From an uncultured archaeon (GTDB taxonomy: Archaea > Altiarchaeota > Altiarchaeia > IMC4 > QMZM01), in the NCBI GenBank assembly GCA_964549685.1, contig CAZJVE010000001.1, positions 19,706 to 83,705 on the forward strand: DNA of 64,000 bases, given 5' to 3'. Every line of letters starts with the position of its first letter. The first letter of the stretch is position 1. The position numbers and the translations under genes are program-made. Under the pieces are notes generated by a model. That model searched no databases and was not told the origin of the DNA. It was given only the letters and a program-made list of their open reading frames with translations. Positions 58,371 to 64,000 of the stretch are shown here, piece after piece.

Positions 58371-58531
58371 AGTATATATTATAAGAAAGGAGAGTTATTA
58401 GAATTGGTAGGTAAGAAAGGGGGGGTTATTAGATTAGTAGAATGTGACATTCGAATTTCCTTCGGAATTTTATGGTATTTTCCGATAAATTTTTGTTAAG
58501 TATTTATATAAGTCCAACTAATATCTAATCA

Positions 58532-59182
58532 GAGGTGATGCAGATGATTAAGATAAAGCTTGGTGTGAAGAACTACGACCCTAAGCTCAAGGAGCTGGTT
58601 GATGAGAAGGTTTATAGAAAGTATAAGCTCTACGGAGAGCTGAGCGAGAGCGAGGCAAAGAAGGTTGCCGACCCATTAAAGGATTTGATTGAAACCCTTG
58701 ACAAGATTCAGGAGAAGCAGACGAAGGAGTATGAGGAAGAAAAGAGTAAGCGAAAAGGTAAGGACGAAAACAGAGAAAAAGAGGTCAAAAAGGAGGGTGA
58801 AAGAACCGATGAAAAGATACTGAAGGTAATTGAAGAGAACCCATATGGGATAAAACTCACGAAGATTGGTGAAGAATTAGGAGTTGATTGGAAAAGGCTG
58901 GTTAAAAGAGCAACTATGCTAGTAAATAATGAAAAAATAAGAAAGGATGAAAAAACAAATCTTTATCATCCCGAAGATGGAGGTGATGCAGATGATTAAA
59001 ATAAAGCTTGGTGTGAAGAACTACGACCCTAAGCTCAAGGAGCTGGTTGATGAGAAGGTTTATAGAAAGTATAAGCTCTACGGAGAGCTGAGCGAGAGCG
59101 AGGCAAAGAAGGTTGCCGACCCATTAAAGGATTTGATTGAAACCCTTGACAAGATTCAGGAGAAGCAGACGAAGGAGTATGA
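58532..59182. repeat. 203-bp near-identical direct repeat (58532-58734 and 58980-59182)
   Basis: Manual alignment gives an offset of 448 bp and one mismatch seen. The repeat includes the SD, start codon and the first ~63 codons. Confidence 0.95.
58544..58999 (+). CDS. Hypothetical protein with C-terminal winged helix
   Basis: SD GAGGTGA before ATG 58544. C-terminal ILKVIEENPYGIKLTKIGEELGVDW..L...KIRK...LYHP. Confidence 0.65.
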   Translation: MIKIKLGVKNYDPKLKELVDEKVYRKYKLYGELSESEAKKVADPLKDLIETLDKIQEKQTKEYEEEKSKRKGKDENREKEVKKEGERTDEKILKVIEENPYGIKLTKIGEELGVDWKRLVKRATMLVNNEKIRKDEKTNLYHPEDGGDADD

Positions 59183-59243
59183 AGAGGAGAGGAGTAAGCG
59201 AAAGGGGAAGGAGGAGAAAAGGAGTAAGGAAAAAGAAAAATAA
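58992..59243 (+). CDS. Short paralog of the upstream gene, lacking the wHTH
   Basis: Duplicated SD and ATG at 58992, identical N-terminal sequence, ending in a K/E-rich tail. Confidence 0.6.
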   Translation: MIKIKLGVKNYDPKLKELVDEKVYRKYKLYGELSESEAKKVADPLKDLIETLDKIQEKQTKEYEEERSKRKGKEEKRSKEKEK

Positions 59244-59288
59244 TGTGGAAATAAGCAGCCATTAGTTACCGTGCTCTCTCCGTTTTGG

Positions 59289-60209
59289 TCATCTCACAAT
59301 CAGGAGAGAGCACGGTACTCTCTCTATCACTTCCTCAAGCTCCGATTTTAGCAGGAATCTGTATCTCCTCTTTATCTTTTTATGTGCCATTATGAGGAGG
59401 TTCGGGGATTCTTTATCCACAGTGTCTAATGCTATTCTCATTGGTTTTCCTGTCTTTAGTATGTCCTTAAAATTAATCCCTTTTCTCTCGCAAATCTCTT
59501 CCAATAGTTTTAACCTTTCCCTGCCTTCTTCCTTCAGCTCATTTAAGACAATCTTCCGCATCTCTCTCCTTGGATCTTCGCCAAGCTCATCTTTGCCAAT
59601 TTTGGAGACTGCTACGTAGGGGGTAGTTGTGTCAATTACATATAATCCTGATAACTTGGCGTTAGTGCCGCTGGATAATCTTATGGCATATCTGATGGTC
59701 TTCTTTGAGTAAAAGTTATTATCGCCGGCAACTAAAATATTCTCTATGGGGTTGGTATCCTTCACTATCAATAACGGACACTGACAATTCTCCACGATTT
59801 TGTCGGTTTCAGTGCCAACCAGCAATTCCCTGAGCTTTCCAACCCTCCTAAAGCCGATTACTGCAATATCATAATCCTTGGTCCTTCTGAATAAGACCTT
59901 CTTTGTGTTTCCTTTAACAATCTCTGGCTTACAGCTTACTCCTTTATCCCTGCATATCCCCCTTATTTTACTCAGCCTCTCTTTCCCTTCCTTTCTCAGG
60001 GTCTTTATCTCCAACTTCTTTAGCTCCTTCCTGGCATCCCTGCCCAGTTCGCTGGTTCTCAGAGTCGTATCTATTAAATAACCATGGTGCGTGTCAATAA
60101 CATAAAGTAGATGCAATTCTGCCTTGAGGGCCTTTGCTATGTCTATTGCATATATGAAACCACCTTCCTGATAAAAGTGATTCGAGCCTATGGCTAGGAT
60201 CTTTTTCAT
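59289..60209 (-). CDS. Tandem universal stress protein (two USP domains)
   Basis: KKILA..LLYVID..LLVGTE..CPLLIVK, repeated as ILVA..LYVID..PCSLLIVR. Confidence 0.9.
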   Translation of the reverse strand: MKKILAIGSNHFYQEGGFIYAIDIAKALKAELHLLYVIDTHHGYLIDTTLRTSELGRDARKELKKLEIKTLRKEGKERLSKIRGICRDKGVSCKPEIVKGNTKKVLFRRTKDYDIAVIGFRRVGKLRELLVGTETDKIVENCQCPLLIVKDTNPIENILVAGDNNFYSKKTIRYAIRLSSGTNAKLSGLYVIDTTTPYVAVSKIGKDELGEDPRREMRKIVLNELKEEGRERLKLLEEICERKGINFKDILKTGKPMRIALDTVDKESPNLLIMAHKKIKRRYRFLLKSELEEVIERVPCSLLIVR

Positions 60210-60257
60210 CTTTTTGTTGGGTTGTATATTTTGCTGAGGATGTATATAAACGTTTCC

Positions 60258-61649
60258 CTAGTATAGTCCTATGAACCTCCAGTAGAATATTATTACGATT
60301 AATGTGATTATTATGGAGGCTATTGCCAAAAATTTCCCAGCATCGAATAAATCCCTGTTAGTAAAATAACCCGAGCTGTAAACAATAGCATTTGAGGGGG
60401 TTCCAAATATTGTCAAGGATGCGAATGCTGTGGGTATCGCCGTGCACAGTGCCGCTATCCTTGGGTCAGCACCACTAATCAGTGCCATAGGTATGGTCAA
60501 TGGTGCGAGAATAGATGCTGCTGCACCATCACTCACGAATTGGGTTAAAATAAATGCCAGGAGTGCAATACCCAGATATATCATAAATTCCGAATTCCCA
60601 GGGATTATATTTAAGAACTGGTAGGCCAACCACTCTCCGGCATTAGTATCCTTTAGTGAAAACCCCATGGTTATCGCTGCCCCATAGATATACACGACAC
60701 CCCAGTTAACTCCTCCTTCTGCGCTTCCCCAGTCTATGGTTCCGGTTATAAACATCAGTAAAGCACCTATTATGGCGACTGTACCTAAGCCAAGTGTGTT
60801 GCTGGTGAATATGAAAAGGGCTAGTGTGGTTAAGAAGATAATTAATACCTTCTTCTCTTGTTTACTCATTTTTGGGCTTAGGTCGGCCCTGCCTTTTTCC
60901 AGGATATGTTCAAGATTCATATCTCCGGGGGGATATAGCTTTAGTAGTATAAACCAAACGATAGGGATTAAAACTAGAGTGATAGGGAATGCCGCCATCA
61001 TCCATTCCAGGTAACTGATGTCCTGTCCTGCAATCTCATCCAATAATTCAAGAGCAATGGCATTTCTGGCACCGCCAGATGGTGTTGCCAAGCTACCTAT
61101 CACGCAGCCGAAGGCGACCGCAAATATCAGGGCTTTTCTGAAATCGCCTTTAATTTGTGCGGTTTCAACGATTAGGATTATGATAGGTAAGAGCATAGCA
61201 GCTATCAGGTGGCCTGAGATGAAGGCTGCCAGTAGGGCGGACATTGATACAATAATGAATAGGAGAATTTTCGGACTGCCCCTACACTTTGATACGAAAT
61301 GGATGGAAATCCTCTTAAATAAACCACTCCTAATGACTCCTTGGGCAATAATTAGAGAACCTAGAATGAAAAATACTGCTGGATTGGCGTAGTTTTTAAA
61401 GGCCTCTGTGGGTGTTGGTACTATATCCAACAAAAATAATCCGATTCCGGGGATTAATGAAGTTACTGGCAATGGCAGAGCCTCTGTAAACCAGAGTATA
61501 AAGATTAAAGCAAAAAGAGCTATGCATCTCTGCCCCTCTACAGAAAGTCCTTCTGGTGCAGGTATAAGAAGGAGGGCTATAAAGATAAGGAATGCTATCG
61601 CCATCAGTTTGGTCCTTACTATGATGTCTTCTCCATTTTCATTTTCCAT
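60258..61649 (-). CDS. SLC13/DASS-family anion symporter
   Basis: WFTEALPLPVTSL, GSLATPSGGARN, ISYLEWM, WGVV and GTPSNAIVY. Confidence 0.9.
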   Translation of the reverse strand: MENENGEDIIVRTKLMAIAFLIFIALLLIPAPEGLSVEGQRCIALFALIFILWFTEALPLPVTSLIPGIGLFLLDIVPTPTEAFKNYANPAVFFILGSLIIAQGVIRSGLFKRISIHFVSKCRGSPKILLFIIVSMSALLAAFISGHLIAAMLLPIIILIVETAQIKGDFRKALIFAVAFGCVIGSLATPSGGARNAIALELLDEIAGQDISYLEWMMAAFPITLVLIPIVWFILLKLYPPGDMNLEHILEKGRADLSPKMSKQEKKVLIIFLTTLALFIFTSNTLGLGTVAIIGALLMFITGTIDWGSAEGGVNWGVVYIYGAAITMGFSLKDTNAGEWLAYQFLNIIPGNSEFMIYLGIALLAFILTQFVSDGAAASILAPLTIPMALISGADPRIAALCTAIPTAFASLTIFGTPSNAIVYSSGYFTNRDLFDAGKFLAIASIIITLIVIIFYWRFIGLY

Positions 61650-61653
61650 TTTC

Positions 61654-62115
61654 TCATCCAGTAAGGTTTACTCCAGCGGCCATGGCAATGATAAGTATAA
61701 TCCCACCCCCAAACAAGCAGCCGGACATCTTTCCAAGGGAGGAGCTTAACGGCAGTCTTGAGGAATCTATGCCTTCTTCCCTGAATCTCTTTGCAATGCT
61801 TCCCTCAAAAAATCCGGCAATTCCATCCGTTATGGAATCGCCTACAACGCCGCCGGCTATGGCCCCGAGAATTCCGTACTGACTAGCCCCTATTAGTACA
61901 GCAAGAATCATCAAGCCCGTATCGATAGAACCGAATATAAAATCTGGAGCCAGTCTTCTTGGATTTATTCCATTTACGATAGCCACGATTAGGGGTATGA
62001 GGCTCATAAAAACTATTGCTAGTCCAATCATCAGATTTTTTAGAAGTGTGAAATATGTTAGAATGATGAGCAGCACTGAGACAAGAGCAACCGATAATGC
62101 ATTTTTTGAGTCCAA
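61654..62115 (-). CDS. Hypothetical membrane protein
   Basis: Hydrophobic 153-aa ORF with FIFGSID and GDSITDG, immediately upstream of the DASS gene. Confidence 0.6.
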   Translation of the reverse strand: MDSKNALSVALVSVLLIILTYFTLLKNLMIGLAIVFMSLIPLIVAIVNGINPRRLAPDFIFGSIDTGLMILAVLIGASQYGILGAIAGGVVGDSITDGIAGFFEGSIAKRFREEGIDSSRLPLSSSLGKMSGCLFGGGIILIIAMAAGVNLTG

Positions 62116-62172
62116 GTCAATACCTCATAATCTGATAAAACCCCAGCCGAGTTGGAATTCAATCAATTGTTT

Positions 62173-62421
62173 CTACTCTCGAATACGTGTATAGAGGGCC
62201 TTTAGAGCCACGCTATTGCTGCTGGAGCTACAAATACTGTTGTGTTGCCTAAAACTGCCCGTAATAAATCGCCCAGTATAAATGTATATTTTCACAATGC
62301 CCACCACCAAACTCAGCAGTACCAGGATTAGAACAGGTAGATGGGCGGTAAAGCTGATAAGCCCTGCTAGAATTACTACAACAAGCCCAACAATAAAGTA
62401 TCTACTCATTCTTTTACCCAT
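62173..62421 (-). pseudogene. Degenerate paralog of the 62556-62882 membrane protein
   Basis: The N-termini align (FIVGLVVVILAGL..LPVLILVLL vs FIVGVVVAILAGL..LPVLVLVLL). The conserved TVFVAPAAI is present but in a shifted frame, and there is an internal deletion. Confidence 0.7.
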
Positions 62422-62504
62422 TTATATCACCATTATCCTCAGAGTTAGTCTGATTAACTCTGGCTCTTTTGGCCATTCATTTACCTCTTCTTAATCCAAT
62501 AAAA

Positions 62505-62541
62505 ATTCAGCCCGGGTTGGGATTCAACCCAGACTGGAATT
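62505..62541 (-). terminator. Imperfect hairpin downstream of the 62556-62882 gene
   Basis: GGGTTG/CAACCC core with flanking ATTCAG/CTGGAAT. A TTTTT tract follows on the minus strand. Confidence 0.4.
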
Positions 62542-62555
62542 CATTCAAAATGTCG

Positions 62556-62882
62556 CTATTTGTTGGCAAGCGCATAGACGTCCTTCAGGGCTATTACTAT
62601 CGCCGCCGGAGCAACAAACACTGTTATGTTGCCTAGAACTGCCTGTAGAAGAGCGCCTACCATAGGTATAACTGAAATGTTTGCTGTTCCTGCCACAATC
62701 AATGCCACTGCTGCAACAAGAAAGTCGGTAGTTTCCTTAACCGAAATGTTCAGAATACCCACTACCAAGCCCAGCAGAACCAGGACTAGGACGGGCAAAT
62801 CTCCTGTAAGGCTGGCAAGCCCCGCCAGAATCGCTACAACAACGCCAACAATAAAGCTATAGCTACCAATTCTTTCATCCAT
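62556..62882 (-). CDS. Small 4-TM membrane protein
   Basis: Hydrophobic 108 aa, with LGLVVGILNISVKETTDFL and FVAPAA. SD GAGGTGA upstream. Confidence 0.8.
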   Translation of the reverse strand: MDERIGSYSFIVGVVVAILAGLASLTGDLPVLVLVLLGLVVGILNISVKETTDFLVAAVALIVAGTANISVIPMVGALLQAVLGNITVFVAPAAIVIALKDVYALANK

Positions 62883-62912
62883 TTATATCACCTCTAAGTT
62901 ATTTTTCTGAAC

Positions 62913-63137
62913 TTAGTCTGATATTTCATTCATTACCTTCTCTATAACCTTTTCCTTTAGCTCTGGCTCTGCAAGGACCCTGTCCAGAAGCTTATTCTGG
63001 AATTTCTCTGAATGCTCCAGATGGCTGCCTATCAGGTCTGCTATGCTGTCTACACCATCATCGTCGTTCTTTGCCTCTTCCATCAGGTTATCCACTATTG
63101 CTTCCATTAGGTCCTTCTTTTCGGTTTTTTCGGTCAT
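62913..63137 (-). CDS. Small acidic helical hypothetical protein
   Basis: 74-aa ORF abutting the upstream stop, with GAGGT upstream. Confidence 0.6.
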   Translation of the reverse strand: MTEKTEKKDLMEAIVDNLMEEAKNDDDGVDSIADLIGSHLEHSEKFQNKLLDRVLAEPELKEKVIEKVMNEISD

Positions 63138-64000
63138 CTAAGTTACCTCCTCTTTTTTAATCATATTCAGCAGGTCTTCGTGAGCGAAGACAATCTCTCC
63201 ATTTTTTATTTCCTCAAATATTTCGTCCTTTTCCTCGAATTCCTCAAAATCCATTATCTCGGGTGATATTTTTGTATCCTGTGATACTGAAACCTTGAGA
63301 TGGAAAGGCTCTATATCAATACTTCCCTTATTGACGCCCTTTCTTAGAACAATCAACAGGTCAAAAACCTTTGCCTTCCCTTTACTTTCTGATTGTTTGG
63401 AAAGAACTAGTAGAATCTTATCTGGAAATTCCTTAACGATCATATCCCCAAAGTCCTTCACTATCTGGTGGTTCTTTTTGACCTTAGTTCTCTGCAGAAG
63501 TTCTGATTCCTTTTTTAATTCCTCCTCCATCTCCTTTTCGTGCTCTGAAACCCTTGTAAGCTGATTTTCTATCTTTGAGATTCTGTGGTTGAAATTCTTT
63601 AGTCCGTGCTTTATTCCACCCATATCCTCTCCGATTTCGTGTTTTATCCCCCGTATATCCTCTCTGTGTTTGTCTTTTATCTGCTCCAGCGTCTCATGAA
63701 CATTCTTCATGGGTTTTATTTCATCCTTCATTTCGATTATGTCCTTTTCGAGATGTTTTATTTCATCCTTCATCTGTAGCATATCCTGCATGTCCTTTTC
63801 GAGATGCGAAATCCGCCCGCCTATGTGCTGCTTAGTCTTGATATTCTGTTCCTCGAAGTCAATCATTTTTCGAGCAATTTTATCGATCTTTTCAGAATTG
63901 TCATCCTGATATATCTTAATGCTATCTATGCTTCCATCCAGCTCCTTTAGTCTATCCTCAAACTCTTTGGAGATTCCTGACTCCTGGATGGATTTCTCCA
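63138..64000 (-). CDS. Coiled-coil protein with C-terminal degenerate nucleotidyltransferase-like domain (5' end outside window)
   Basis: The frame stays open upstream of 63866 to the window edge. A heptad region is followed by IVKEFPDKILLVL...FDLLIVL...ISPEIMDFEEF...IKNGEIVF. Confidence 0.65.
   Translation of the reverse strand, partial: EKSIQESGISKEFEDRLKELDGSIDSIKIYQDDNSEKIDKIARKMIDFEEQNIKTKQHIGGRISHLEKDMQDMLQMKDEIKHLEKDIIEMKDEIKPMKNVHETLEQIKDKHREDIRGIKHEIGEDMGGIKHGLKNFNHRISKIENQLTRVSEHEKEMEEELKKESELLQRTKVKKNHQIVKDFGDMIVKEFPDKILLVLSKQSESKGKAKVFDLLIVLRKGVNKGSIDIEPFHLKVSVSQDTKISPEIMDFEEFEEKDEIFEEIKNGEIVFAHEDLLNMIKKEEVT

Noticed and set aside
58532-59182. Direct repeats as CRISPR array or IS ends
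   Set aside because: Only two long coding copies, with no spacers, inverted termini, cas or transposase genes.
1-64000. tRNA, rRNA or CRISPR loci
   Set aside because: Intergenic gaps are short and none showed a cloverleaf, rRNA-like sequence or repeat-spacer periodicity by eye. tRNAscan-SE/Infernal would be needed to exclude small RNAs.

Overview
Gene-dense archaeal chromosome segment. Marker genes include aglB, priL, rfcL, cdc48, rps15, rps3ae, pcc1, nob1, form III RuBisCO and R15P isomerase, and TATA-like boxes sit just upstream of many starts. Gene content (grpE-dnaK-dnaJ, a DmrX-like flavoprotein, class III pilins, VirB2-like pilin) suggests an Altiarchaeota/DPANN-type lineage, which is inference only. 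Most of 15.9-58.4 kb is housekeeping. The standout is a four-gene minus-strand operon at 5973-15851, between uppS and aglB. It encodes a Cys-rich VirB2/TrbC-like pilin, a Cys-rich secreted protein, a membrane-anchored protein and a 2569-aa signal-peptide protein. The large protein strings together GNAT - SAM-methyltransferase-like - GNAT - four tandem Pol-beta-type nucleotidyltransferase modules - coiled coil - hydrophobic C-terminus, a candidate multi-cargo effector/delivery system. Other notable items: an orphan DNA methyltransferase translationally coupled inside dnaK-dnaJ, a hairpin leader before rps15, an RNase HIII-type gene, a truncated RqcH/NFACT, a frameshifted macrodomain gene, and an AT-richer accessory block after purL (58.4-64 kb) with two local duplications. 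No rRNA, tRNA, CRISPR array or transposase was recognised. All family calls come from motif recognition by eye, not from database searches.
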